This document shows positions 12,262-25,325 of a stretch of DNA of 61,579 bases, piece by piece. The stretch covers positions 404,738,422 to 404,800,000 of the forward strand of contig CM097883.1 of NCBI GenBank assembly GCA_044892505.1, read 5' to 3'. Numbering within the stretch: the stretch's first letter is position 1; each line of letters starts with the position of its first letter. This DNA comes from Schmidtea nova. Lineage: Eukaryota. A program made the position numbers and the translations under genes. The notes beneath the pieces are model-generated. The model was not told the origin of the DNA, did not search any database, and saw nothing but the letters and a program-made list of their open reading frames with translations.

Positions 12262-14144
12262 TAATGAATTTTCCAACACATCGACCTATTAAGCCCATTA
12301 CCAATGGATAACGGTTATAGTCACATACTGAGTATGATTGACATAAACTTACGCTGGTTTGAAGAAATCCAATTACAGAAAAACAATTACAGCCGAAAAT
12401 GTTGCAACCAAAATAATTCAGGATTGGAATTTACGTTATGGCGTTCCTAGAAACATCATAACAGATCGCGGAGCACATTTTAAATCCCAAATCTTTAAGC
12501 ATCTCACTGAAAGACTAGGAATCAAGCATTTAAGGTCTACAGCATACCACCCGCAGACAAATGGTCTATTAGAACGATTTCAGAAGACATTGAAAACTTC
12601 TTTGAGAATACTCTATCTCAAAAGGTTGGACCAAGTCATTACCTTTCGTTTTAATGGATTAGAAACACTCCATATACAACTACAGGATTAACTCCTGCTC
12701 AACTTCTTTTCGGAACACAAACTTCATTACCTTCCGAGATCATAGATTTTGGAAACAGTCCAACTTTAGAGGAACTCGAGACAGCAAGAGCACACTTCCT
12801 CACTATCAACTCAGACCCTCAATTCACAATAAGGACCTCATACAAAACTTATATCCCAAGAAGTTTTGAAAAAGCAACTCATGTTTGGATCAGAAAAACA
12901 TCTGATTCTGGTTTAAAACCGAGATACCTAGGCCTGACACAAACTGGTAAAGATCATTGATAATCACGCACTTGTGTTCATCAATGAACAAAATCAGACA
13001 ATAAACTTAAATTAGGTTTCATCGAACTAACAAATTCAGAAGACCATGAAGTCGAACACGTCATAGAAAGAAACCACGATTTAATGGACATTCAAGATTT
13101 TAGAACAAGTCCAAATGACGGCTACATTCACCAAAACAATATCCAAAATCAAAATCAAACGAATGATTATGAGACAAATACAACAATACCAAAAGACACC
13201 GAACAAACATACAAACCAAACATGTGAATTGAAACCCAAGACTTAGAACAAACAATCAAACAAAAAATCGATTTTAAAAAACAACCAACAAGACAGACCT
13301 TCATCAAATACAAGATCCAAAAAGACATCTTTTGCATATTGGGTACGTGAAAGAACAATAGGACAACCGAAAAATACCCTCCACGGCTGATACGCACCAT
13401 AAAATAAGCTAAAAAACCTACAATAAACATTTTTTTTCTTTTTCTCTGCACCCTCAAAATTGTCGCAAATCTGTACACACCTGTAAATAAATATGTTAAT
13501 AAAAAGTGTGTTCGTTCAGACAATGGTTTCCACATGCTCCACACTTTTTCCGGGGCTATATGGAAGTCACTCTTGTAGTTACTATTTTTTATATATCTTT
13601 GCTTGTTTTACTGTAATGTTAATATGTGTGGAAACACGTAGAGTAGAAACAAATTAAATTTAATAAATCGATTATTATATAATTATTCTTTATAAATTAT
13701 TTATGGACAATATATTATATTAAAATCAGAACAGACAAAATAGCGTCACATATTTATTACTGTGAAAAATCCCGAGCTTTACAAGTCTTAGAAATTATTT
13801 TAACATTAGTATTTCCAATATTTTTAAAATAGATTAAAATGTCTGAAATAGAAAATAAAAGATCAACCAGAGATATTAATGATAATATTTTTTATTTAGT
13901 TATAGTGAAATTTTAGTTAGAGTGAAATTTTACGGTAAATATTTTTTTAAATAATTAAATTTCAATATGCATATAAATTGTTTGTTAAAAATATATTTTC
14001 TTCCATCACAAATTTAGATTCTGGTAAAAATTTTAAATATGTGTAAAATAAAAATGTATATTTGTTTAAACAAATATTAACTGAGCAACAATAAAACAAT
14101 AATTTAATTCAAATTTAATTTTAAATAATTCAAATTTTAAAATT

Positions 14145-15421
14145 TTATATTATTTTTATTTGGCATTTGATTATGATTTGATCCTCCCTCACAGCTGGCG
14201 AATTGATATGTAAATCGTAAAAGTAATGACATTCTTCTTTCGATGGCTTTTCCATTTGAAGAAAAGTATTCGTTTCACTTTTAATAATGCCTCCAGTTAC
14301 TAGATTGACCGCATCAATCGTGACGTCATATTTGAACCGCCATACCAATTTATCATCGAATTCTCCAGGCATCAAATGGAAATAAACATCAATGGAATCA
14401 CCAGCTAAACAAATAGCTAAGCGCATTTTGTATCCATTTTCCTGCGAATAAAATGGCTCACTATAAACAAGTGTATAATGCTCTAGTTCTGAAATTCTAA
14501 TTTCCCAAACGAATGGTGCGGGGTAGCGTGTTGCATTCCTTATAGGATATTTATTAATATGGCCGTTCATAAGTTTTATCTTTAAAATAAATTATAAAAA
14601 TAATTTTAAAAATAAAATATTAAATAATTATAAAATAAATAATTATAAAAAACTGATAAAAGTTTACTTTTTTCCTTAATTTATGCATTTGCCTTTCCGA
14701 TCTCGTTTGTACCTGTTTCAACTTTTTTATAAAAAATTAAAAATCAATCAAATTAAAAAATTAAATCAATAATCAAACTTGATTGATTAATTGCACATTT
14801 GAACCCGATTCATCTCTCAGGGAAATATTTTCATTTGTCAATGCTCTTATTTCTTGGTGCATTTCTTCTTGTTTTAATGCGTTCAGCATTTCTTTTGTTT
14901 TAAATTCATTCCTCAGCGACTCGACCTCGTTCCGAAAACTATTGACCAAATCTAATAATATTTTACTTTGACCAGAATAGGTTTTCATCTTTGTTACCTT
15001 TTATTTCATCGTTGGACATTGCATTAGTTGAATGTGACATTTCGGCATGCCGGCGCTTATTTCGGTGTTTATTGCAGGCTGCCATGTGTATTTCTATCCT
15101 GTCCAACTCGTCTTTGAATTGACAATTTCTTCCTGGGCATTTGACAACAATTTCCGATATCCGATTGTTGATTGGATAATCAATGGAAATGTCAGATAAA
15201 TGATTTATGATTCTATGGCAACGCCTAGAATCTCCTGGACAGCATTTGTCACTCCCATCCAAATAACTCTCAATACAATCGAAACAGAATCGGCATCCGC
15301 ATGGAGTATTGCAAGCTTTTATCATTATATTTTTACAAATTTTACATATCAACTCATTGCTGATTTCATCATCAAATTGAAATTTATTTTCTTTCATAAT
15401 TTTCCAGACATTCTCAGACAT
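14145..15421 (-). CDS. TRAF-like protein, 358 aa (RING, one TRAF-type zinc finger, coiled coil, MATH), 4 exons
   Basis: Exons 15421-14998, 14951-14779, 14712-14668, 14579-14145; GT-AG introns of 46, 66 and 88 nt give one open frame (...MSNDEIK|DLVNSFRNEV...INQ|VQTRSERQMHKLRKK|IKLMNGHINKY...). MATH: FVWEI, YSEPFYSQENGYKM, HLMPGEFDDKLVWRF. Confidence 0.9.
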
Positions 15422-15599
15422 TTCACAGAAATTAATTATATTTAAATTGGAATAGAAAATGTCTTTTAAAATTTCTTTTCAAAATAATTGATTATATTTC
15501 AATTTTTAAAACAAATAAATCAAAATATTTTTTAACACTAAGTAACAGAAAAATTTTTGAAATTAGGAATATTTATTATAAAATACATTAAATGAAAAA

Positions 15600-16330
15600 C
15601 TAAATTTCAACATTAGCATTTAAATGTTTAAATGAACCTCTAAATCCGACAAAATCAATCATCTCGCTTTTTTGCAAAATGTATGTGGCATTGCACCCAT
15701 TACAAGCAAAACGATATACGAGATCGGAACACAGACAAAATGGCGTCACAGATTTATTACTGAACATCTTCCGAGTTTTAGAAGACTTAGAAATTATTTT
15801 AACATTAGGAATCCAATATTTTTTAAAATAGAATGAAATGTCTGAAATAGACAAGATCAATAAGAGATATTAATGATTAGCAATATCAATAACTTCCATA
15901 ATGGTAAGATTATAGATCAAAATATTTTTTAACAAATACACAATATTTCAGCACAGCCTTTATCAAATGTGTATAAAGGCTGTGTCAAAATATTGTGTAA
16001 TTGTTTAAAAAAGAATTATGATCTATAGTCTTACCATTATGGGAATTATTGATATTAATAATAAAAGATCAAAGGTAAAACAAAAAGATAATTATGATAT
16101 TAATGATTGTATTTTTAATTTAATTATTTTTTAGTAAAATTTTACGGTAAATATTTTTTAAAATAATTTAATTTCAATATGTATATAATAACTAATGTAA
16201 TTTATTTTTTAAAAAATATATTTTCTTCCATCAAAAATTTAGATTCTGGTAAAAATGTTAAATATTTGTAAAATAAAATTTTATATTTGTTTAAACAAAT
16301 ATTAACTGAACAATAATAAATAAATAATTT
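15600..16330 (-). repeat. TRAF-cassette 3' flank copy (right arm) with GIY-YIG remnant
   Basis: Inverted match to 2920-3615; partial further copy at 16490-16580. Confidence 0.85.
15879..16095. mobile_element. Second copy of the fold-back MITE
   Basis: Inverted copy of 3141-3352, flanked by GATATTAATGATT at 15866-15878 and 16096-16108. Confidence 0.75.
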
Positions 16331-16376
16331 AATTCCAAATTTTATTTTGAATTATGAAATTTTTAAAAATTTATAT

Positions 16377-16440
16377 TATTTTTTAATTGTATTTTTATTT
16401 TGATTTGATCATCCCTCACAGCTAGCGAATTGATTGCAAT
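16377..16440 (-). pseudogene. 3'-terminal remnant of another TRAF MATH exon
   Basis: Minus strand reads IAINSLAVRDDQIKIKIQLKNNI, paralogous to LHINSPAVREDQIIIKCQIKII of 14145-15421. Confidence 0.75.
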
Positions 16441-16882
16441 AATAAAAAAGTTTTTTTACTAAAAATTTTGAAATTTTAAACATTTATTAAAAAAGCATTA
16501 AATAAAAATCTGATTTTCAACATTAGCATTTATATTTTTAATTGAACCTCTAAATCCGACAAAATCAATCATCTCGCTATTTGTCAGGTCAGTTGTTTTG
16601 GGTATAGAATTTCCTCGCTAGTTTTAGTCGAAATTAACAATGCAAGTAGAAAGTTGCGTTGCAAGCGACCCGAGTGAAAATTCTGATGTCATTGTGTACA
16701 ATAAAAACTATTTCAACCTTCAAAACTTGAACAACAAACACCAAAGATGAAAATCTCAACAACAATGCTGACTATGAAAGTCATTTTGAATTCTACAGAT
16801 ATTTGGTACCGAGTAAAGTCGTTCGGAGGTTAATATGCTATTATTCCTGGATTGATGAAGAAAGGATAATTTAAATTTTAAT

Positions 16883-17049
16883 NNNNNNNNNNNNNNNNNN
16901 NNNNNNNNNNNNNNNNNNNNNNNNNNNNNNNNNNNNNNNNNNNNNNNNNNNNNNNNNNNNNNNNNNNNNNNNNNNNNNNNNNNNNNNNNNNNNNNNNNNN
17001 NNNNNNNNNNNNNNNNNNNNNNNNNNNNNNNNNNNNNNNNNNNNNNNNN
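16883..17049. other. Assembly gap (N run)
   Basis: Run of N. Confidence 1.
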
Positions 17050-19849
17050 CCTGTCAGGGGGACGTAATAATTGACCTTGACTTCTAATACATAATACGTT
17101 TCACAATATTGCACAGTGATTTACCTCGTTATGTAATGTTTGACCCGATTTTCTAATGTTTGACCCAGATTACACCATATTTGACCTTTGACCCTTGACC
17201 CATATTAAATCACCATTGACATTTAACCCAGTTGTATAATACTCACTTACACACCCAAACGGTAACTCATTTACATAAACGCTACACTCTAATTAACCCA
17301 TTCTCACGTGTACTTCTTCACTCCCACTGAACCACTGAACCTACGTAATCAATCAATTAAATGATCATATTTTAAAATTACAACTTGGGAGTTATACCTG
17401 GGCTTTATTCAAATAAAAATCCTAGAGAATTTCTAACATTGCTAACTCGCAAAATTGGTATCATAATATTATTCATATCAAGTTTATAACCCTGAATTGT
17501 AATGTTAATATACCAGCTTTCATTATTTTTAATTGAATATTTTCAAACAAATCAAAGAATTTGGTTTGCGATTATTAATTATTATGCTTTCATTGCAACA
17601 TAATTTCTTATTGATCTGATTCAAAACTTTATTGAGAGATATTACATATTCTTTCGATATAGTTCCATAAAGATTTTAATATTGAGTCTTACTCAATTTA
17701 ACTGGACTTGAAAGAATGAACTCTATTTCATTTACCAAAAAATACATTTTATGCTCATGATATATTTGAACTGGTTTCCAAATAGCTTCCTTTAATTTAA
17801 CTGTCTTGTCTGAATAAATTGCATTAGAAACGTTACTGCTAAATAATTTAGTTCATATCATTTTAAAAAGTAATAATTTTAATCACTTAAAACGTATATA
17901 CAAAACTTGAGATAATGTATGCATCCAATCAAAATTAATTTATCGATAATAACAAGTACAGCGCACATAGCCGCGAGTAGACCAACTAATAACTCGCACA
18001 CAAGTGCAATCAAACTATAATCAGATTGAGATATTAACTTTTCTAATTTTTTGATGTTATTTGAATAATTAGACTGGAAGCATCATAGTTTTGCTTTAAA
18101 AATAAGGAAGTTTCAATATATATATATATATATATATATTATTGTGATGGATAGTAATAATAAAGTAATAATTCTTTTTATAAATATTTTCTATTAAAAT
18201 TAAATTCTTTAAAAGTCTCTTCATTGAATTGATAAGATTTTTATTTACAAATAATGTTAAATAAATAACGAAATATCATATTTTGTTTTGATATTAAATA
18301 TTTATATTTCTAAACTTTTGATACTCACTTTTTACGTATGTGACTAAAGTCTTTAAAGTGTTTATTTAAATACTTTTAAACTCGTAGGTAAATAATTTCC
18401 TATGAAGCCTGATGATAAACTTTAATCATTACGTAATATTATTTGATAAATCTGAAGTTTTTATTTCTGGAATTTCATAGATACAGGGAAAATAGTAGAA
18501 AAATTTTAGTTAGATGAAGATTACATCATAGGGATAAATAGGTACAGACTAAACATAAACATTGAACCAACCTCAAAAAGTCATAAAATACGATTATTCC
18601 TTGCCGATGACAAAAACAATTTAATTTCTGGATCCTGATAGTTCATTTTTATGATTTATATTGACAATTTATCTTTGTTATGTTGACAATTAATTTTTGC
18701 AATCTATCATCATGACAACTTATTAGCACGACAATTTATCAATTTACAATTTGTGATCTTGCGAAATTTTATTGACATTTATATGGTGATGGACAAAGTT
18801 TTATGTAATTTTAAAAGTATAATTTGTTTTAAAATTTTTTTTTTGTAAATTAATTTTTTAAACTATTAGGAAAATGGTTTATATTTTGATTTATATTTTA
18901 ATATTTTAATTCAATAAAATAAGTTATAATAATGATAATAAAATTAATAAATAATACTGATTGTTTAAATAAAATAAAATAAATAAATTACTGTTTGTTT
19001 AAATAAATTATATTTACGACCTACAAAGGTCAGCAAAATAAAATAATATTTCAAGGTTAAAAAATAAATCTATTTTGAAAACAATTTCAATCAACACAAG
19101 TAGCAAAATAACAATCATTATTGGCAGATTTGTGCCTTAAAGATTAGTATATAAACTGACTGATTTTTCAGTCAAATCACCCCTAAAATCTTGTATTCTT
19201 AGAAGAGTTACAATTTCGGTAGACGACATTTGTAACATAATGTATACATCCTTGCTCAGGGGACTGCATTCCCTTACATAACAACTGATAACAGTTTCAC
19301 TTTTATTAACTTGTAAAATATTTGTTATAGATAAATAAAACTTAGTAAACAGACTTTGTGTTTTTATTTATATACGAAGCATCAAGTTGAGATTCTCGGA
19401 ATATCAATAAGACTTCTTCGTTGTCCTAGATTTCATATTTCTAGGGCATCAGCATGATTTAAATAAGACAAATTTGATTTTATTTTCATCATTAAAGAAA
19501 GAAAATTTCAAATTTCTATTCAAATTGATTTGAAAATATAAATAATTGCGAGGAGTGAATTCATAATTCAATAAATACCAGCACTCAAACAAAACAAGCA
19601 CACATAACAATTAAATGCCTCAAAACGATTGGATGCACACGTACATAGTTAAAAACATTAAAAACATCACACGCACAATTACAAACTCACACAAAAAATA
19701 ACCATAAAACAATGAGACTCACAACTCGAATCATGAGTTACCACCATTCTTTTATAAAAGTTTATCAATACATTATTAATACTTATAAAAATAATATTTA
19801 TAATAAGGAACATAAAATAATAATAGTTAAAAATAATTATATAATTATC

Positions 19850-19995
19850 TTTTATCACCTTTGATCTTTTTTTATTATTATTATCAATAATTTCCATAAT
19901 GATGACTATAGATCAAAATTTATTTTATAAACAATATTGTTTATAAAAAAAATTTGATCTATAGTTATCATTATGAGAATTATTGATAATAATAA
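19850..19995. mobile_element. Short loop-less member of the fold-back MITE family
   Basis: Palindrome centred at 19935/19936 (acaat|attgt); arms and leader ataattatcttttatcacctttgatc match 3141-3230. Confidence 0.7.
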
Positions 19996-20953
19996 TTATA
20001 TTATTAATTATAATAAAAATTAATAATAATAAATAAAACTGCTAACAATTCTTACAAAGGACCTCAGTCGATTTTGTTTTACTATATTCTCTTCCGTCTC
20101 GTGTTGCGCCATCCGCCCATGTCCACTTCCCGAAAAATATTATTTTTTTTCATTAATTATTTGAATTTAACGTAATTATTATTTCGCGCAAATTTCGTTT
20201 CTTTTTTTCATCATTATTATCTTTTCAAATATGAACAAAATATGGGAAGCATATTAATTATCGCAACTTTGTATATAAAAGTCCTAATATGACGACGTAT
20301 TTAAACACTTATCGTTTCATGTCGTCCCTGGTGAGTATGGAAAGTCAAACGAATTCTGACCAAGGAAGAAGGGGTCACAAGGGTCTTTTTGGTGTGGGCC
20401 TCTAAACAGAATTATTTGAAACTAGACAAAACGATTAAAACCTTTTTTCACGATTTTACGTAGGGCAACAAAAAATGATAAAATTCAAAGTTAGTATTCC
20501 GAATTAATAAGTTCGTTTGCAGCTCTAGGGACTCGAACAGCGCTATTTTAAAATTTTCATTAAATTTCGTTTTCGTTTTTGTATTTTTATATATTACAAG
20601 TAATTTTTACTTTAATAAATAGTTTTGGCCAAAACAGAATTATTTTCATTATATAGCGGGCTACGTATGCTGCTTGACCTGGGCCTTCCATTTGCTCTAA
20701 CAAGCCCTGCTTATAATAATGGCTAGGCTAGCACTATTAGAAATATATTCTAGATCCAAGGCATGACCACGTGATCCCTCCGTAGTTACCATCTGTCTGA
20801 TTCATGATACCTTTAATATCTGGTAAGACCTACTCAACAAATAAGTATAAATACCATCACCCGAGTTCAATTGTGTGAAGATCAAAGGTCAAAATTCTTA
20901 TGATATAAAATTATTTTGAGCATTTTAGATCATTGACATAGATCAGAATAAAG

Positions 20954-22704
20954 ATGACCTGTTACTCTGACATGTGGGAAATAATGGACAAACATTCCTT
21001 TCAAATGCGTTCTGATGTAATTAGTAATTTGACATGTATAATTTGTCAGAAACTTCTAATAGATGCATGGGAGGGCTCCTGTAGATGTCGGTATTGTAAG
21101 AAATGTATCGATACGTACTTAGCAAAAGGTAATCAAATGTGCCCAAAAGGTGATGAAGGGTGCTTGCCAGGGATTATCGAGCAGCAATTCTATATCAATA
21201 GAAACAACTTGGCCAATAAACAAATTTCCCAATTGGAAACTCAATGCCCATTGAATAATTGCGAATACAAATGCTCCTTACATGATATGAGTGATCACTT
21301 AAAGGTATGCGGAGGAGGGTGGGAAACACTGAGGAAATTAAAAGACAAAACTGAAAATGTGACACTTGACGAGACTTCATCCCACCTTTTGAATGCACTA
21401 CATAATCATTTGTCGACCAATAGAAAATGGATAAAGCGCGCAACTAAATATATAAATTCATGTGGTCACAGAACTCTTACATTACCCATTTCTAATCTGG
21501 ACGATCTTAAAACCTTTTCAAGCGCCAATTCATTTCTATCTGGTCAAACGATTGAAGAGGTTAAAATAAAGAACTAATTTGATATTTTATTTTCATACCC
21601 ATTTCTTCTCTAGGAAACGTTTAGTAGAGTTTTGTCGGACATGAGAACAATCAAACGCAAATCAGACGAAATTGTATCAAGAATTTACGATTCAGCCGAA
21701 AGATATTTACGTAAAGGTTTAGAGGAGAAAGAAATTCCTCTTGGAAAAGTAAATGAAGACAATGAAGAATTGGAGATTTCCATAGAAATCATTGATGAAT
21801 TTCCGGAATCTGAAGAAAACCCAAATGAGAAAGTAGACGAATACGCAAAATTGATAGAGAAACAAGCCAAATGCACAAAACGTCTCGCGAATAAAAACGA
21901 ATTAGCAGTCGCTTTAAGGTTGAAGACAGAAAAACAAGACAAAGCCATTCAGGAACTGAAAATGGAGAAGAAGAGCACTCTAAAGGAAAAGATAAGACTT
22001 GAGAAAGAGCTAAAAAACCAAAGAAAGCAGCTTTCAAAGTCGAATCAAGAGAATGAGAAATTAAAAAAAGAAATAAAAGACCTGCAACAGACAGAAAAAG
22101 GATGGCTCAAAAAATGGGTAAAGTTAATAAAAATTTCAAGTTCGCTTTTAACTAATGCTTGCATTTCCAGATGCCCATGACACCCGTAAAGGATTTTGGA
22201 AACTCATCTAACGAAAGGGTTGCCGAGAGAACTATCGGCTTATTCGTTTGTCACTTTAATAGGATTTCTCACATCAATGCAACGAGTGGTAGTGACAAGT
22301 TCTATTTCACCAACCGTTTCATAGATGTGTGGATCCGGTTATGGCCGAACGGTTGCAAATATAACAACCACCTCCAACGGGACGCGAAGCGATTGTGCTT
22401 GGACTTTCTAATTGATGACGGAATCATTCGACATGAAGAAAACGACAGGCGACACCCTCGAACGTACGAGGTGAAACTCGTGTTGAAATCAAAATTCCCT
22501 AACAGCGACAATGATAACAATAACAATAATAATAAAACTGTTTCCCAGAGTCAAAGATTTGAATTCGACGGCATCAAGAGTTATGCAAAAATATTTTCTC
22601 CCTCACAATTTCATTTCCTAAAATCCGATATTTCCGAAAATCAAATTATTGGAAACGATGACTCCTTATTGGTCGAATGCCAAATCCATTTGACCAATCA
22701 ATAG
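20954..22704 (+). CDS. TRAF-like protein, 547 aa (RING, zinc finger, acidic linker, long coiled coil, divergent MATH), 3 exons
   Basis: Exons 20954-21559, 21614-22117, 22171-22704; phase-0 GT-AG introns of 54 and 53 nt join three ORFs in frame. RING CIICQKLLIDAWEGSCRCRYCKKC...CPKGD; ZF CPLNNCEYKCSLHDMSDHLKVC; MATH-like GLFVCHF, SDKFY, IRLWPNG, GNDDSLLVECQI. Confidence 0.88.
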
Positions 22705-22827
22705 TTTGATAATTTTTGTGCGTTTTTCAAAAATTTCTTTTATTTAAAAAAACCTAAAAGGATTTTATATTATAAATGTATGAATATTTTTCGCGATTTT
22801 CAAAATGTTTCGGCACCTCCTTTTCAA

Positions 22828-23055
22828 NNNNNNNNNNNNNNNNNNNNNNNNNNNNNNNNNNNNNNNNNNNNNNNNNNNNNNNNNNNNNNNNNNNNNNNNN
22901 NNNNNNNNNNNNNNNNNNNNNNNNNNNNNNNNNNNNNNNNNNNNNNNNNNNNNNNNNNNNNNNNNNNNNNNNNNNNNNNNNNNNNNNNNNNNNNNNNNNN
23001 NNNNNNNNNNNNNNNNNNNNNNNNNNNNNNNNNNNNNNNNNNNNNNNNNNNNNNN
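22828..23055. other. Assembly gap (N run)
   Basis: Run of N; ORFs crossing it are artefacts. Confidence 1.
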
Positions 23056-23500
23056 CAAACACCATTGAAGGAAAAATTTACAAAGTTTTCAAAGGAATCG
23101 GCAGGAAAAGAGGTGTCAAGGAAAGTTCAATTAAAAGCTTCATAACAAAAAACTCAGACCTTCCAAAATTCTACTGTTTAATTAAAACCCACAAAGAAGG
23201 TCCCGCGATCAAGATTAGACCAATTGTATCCAATACAAAAGGATCAACAACCAATGTGAGTTGGTTTCTCTCCAAAATTCTAAAACCACTGCTGGACACC
23301 ATCTTCAAAGCAGTGACTGTCTTATGTCAAAATTGAATAAAACAAATAAAAACACCTCATCTGCAGAAGATAAACGTCATTAGAAATGAGAGACAAAGAA
23401 TAGTTAATAAATGCACAAATGAAGAGGACCATTCAGTACAACAAGCAATATTTACTGAAGTCCTGCATCATAATGGATACCATAATATCGTTAGGGACAT
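23056..23500 (+). mobile_element. Penelope-like element reverse-transcriptase fragments (internally deleted)
   Basis: PKFYCLIKTHK...IRPIVSNTKGSTTNVSWFLSKILKPL (PLE RT N-terminal motif) then KINVIRNERQRIVNKC...VLHHNGY (post-RT motif). Confidence 0.85.
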
Positions 23501-24649
23501 GCCCTTAGGCCTCAATGTTTGATAAATGCATAAAATAACAAAATAATTTAAAAATCTATTTTTAGTAATTTCGACAAGCATAAATAAATGCTTATTTTAA
23601 ATAAAATATATTATTAGTAACTAATATATATATAAATAATAATTTTTAATTAATAATTGTATATTTATAGTAATTTAAGCAGTATTACTTTAGTATATAA
23701 ACCCATGATTTTTTAGTAGAAAGGACATAAATCTTATGTTTATCAAAACCAATATTTATTTTAAAGAAGAGAATTAGAGTATTTAGAAGAAACCAACATT
23801 AAATATAAAGTGAAAATTATTATTATGAAAAAATCAATATAGTTAATAATTTACTATTGAGATAAGCCATCCAGGGCAGTAGATTGATAGCAGTAAAGTA
23901 CCAGTAGTAAAACTAGCAGATAGTTACATCATCTGACTAGCGTGGAAATTGTGTTGATATTGAATTAGAGAGAGAAAATTTGAACTAGCAGTAATTTATC
24001 AACTGACTAGCAGAAACAGTGTAAGAGCGGAGTAAGACAATATTGATTGCAACCCGGCACGATTAGTATTTAAGCAGATGTTATTCAATAAATGTTGTTC
24101 AATAAATTTTACAGTTACCAAATTTAGTTTTCATTGTCTAAATTTTTATCATTGTTATTATTATTTTTATTATTATTATTTTTTTATTTTTATTATTATT
24201 CTTATTATTATTATTATTACTATTATTATCAATTTTATTTGCACGCGAGGTGTTACAACGCGCGTTTACCGCGCATTGATTGCTTACTGTTATCTGGCTA
24301 ACATACACACAAGGGTATGACCATCATACTCAACTCTCAATTTCGGTTTTTTGATACCTATATTAATAGTTTTTAAAATTTTGAATCTTGGACCTTTTGT
24401 CTTTCAAGGGTATGAAACATCAGGCTCATCCTTCAATTACCTTTTGTTAAATACCTATATAGTTTTTTAAAAATTTAAACTTTGCACCCATTGAGGGTAT
24501 GACTACCATACACCTTTGAAGGTATCACCATCGAACTCAACTCTCAATTACCTTTCAAATGATATATAACTTGTAACGTTTGAAAAAGTTTGAATTTTTT
24601 AGACTGAAGGTTCAGGACCCTCCATAAACCTTCGAGGGTATGACCATTT

Positions 24650-24860
24650 ACTTGTAATAGGTGTAATGCCACATACATTGGAGAGAACGATAAACGCATA
24701 AATAAGATCAATTTTATTTTTTGTGAATTTGTTTATTGTCTTAAGATAAAGAGCTGAGCTGTCGAAATATATTGCAAAAATATATTTTTAAAAAATGTTG
24801 TTTTGTGAATTTATTTAAATTTAAAAATAAAAAAAGTCATTCTGATTAAACTAAAAACAT
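24650..24860 (+). mobile_element. Penelope-like element 3' end (GIY-YIG remnant and 3' flank)
   Basis: CNRCNATYIGENDKRINK; about 170 bp shared with 6945-7110. Confidence 0.6.
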
Positions 24861-25164
24861 GAAATATTTATCAGAATAAAACAAGCCAGAAACTATTCTT
24901 TTTCTGCTTTGGGATAGTTTACAATTTTGAATTTTTGTTTAAATAAAGTAAATATTATTATGTCTGTCGCATTTTAAAAAATTTTTATAATTTATATTAT
25001 TTTTAATACTATCAATATTTTATAGGTATTATTATTATTTTATTTAATATTAATATTATTATTTTTCTAATATTTTTATTTTTACTATTAATATTTTAGA
25101 AGTGTTATTTTATTTAATATTATTTTTAATAATTATTTTCATTAATAATTTTTCTATATTTTTA

Positions 25165-25172
25165 GATGTATA

Positions 25173-25226
<54 letters not shown>

Positions 25227-25325
25227 TATTATAAATATAATTATTATAATAATTATTATTTTTAATCTATATCAAAAAATCAAAAGACAAGATAAGGATC
25301 ATGTACTTTATTAAACAAAAATATT

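Larger units (their letters stand above)
8697..13720 (+). mobile_element. Degenerate Ty3/Gypsy LTR retrotransposon (gag-PR-RT-RH-INT)
   Basis: gag (PTAWFIIMETYF; LFLSALP...NELAEVADRI), protease FLIDTGSSVS/PILGSDFL, RT SPWASPIHLV, FGLRNAAQTFQR, YVDDILI, RNase H TTDASNTAIGAV/YSTFDHELLAV/FTDHKSL, integrase HPG...WPFMRKDIKDWV and TDRGAHF...TAYHPQTNGLLERF in Gypsy order, with many stops and frameshifts. Possible 3' LTR 13560-13720; no matching 5' LTR found. Confidence 0.95.

Noticed and set aside
13167-13544. Hydrophobic minus-strand ORF
   Set aside because: Antisense shadow of the A/C-rich Gypsy 3' region. Likewise 7724-8056, 9362-9574, 21685-22037 and 30010-31099 (plus) shadow real frames.
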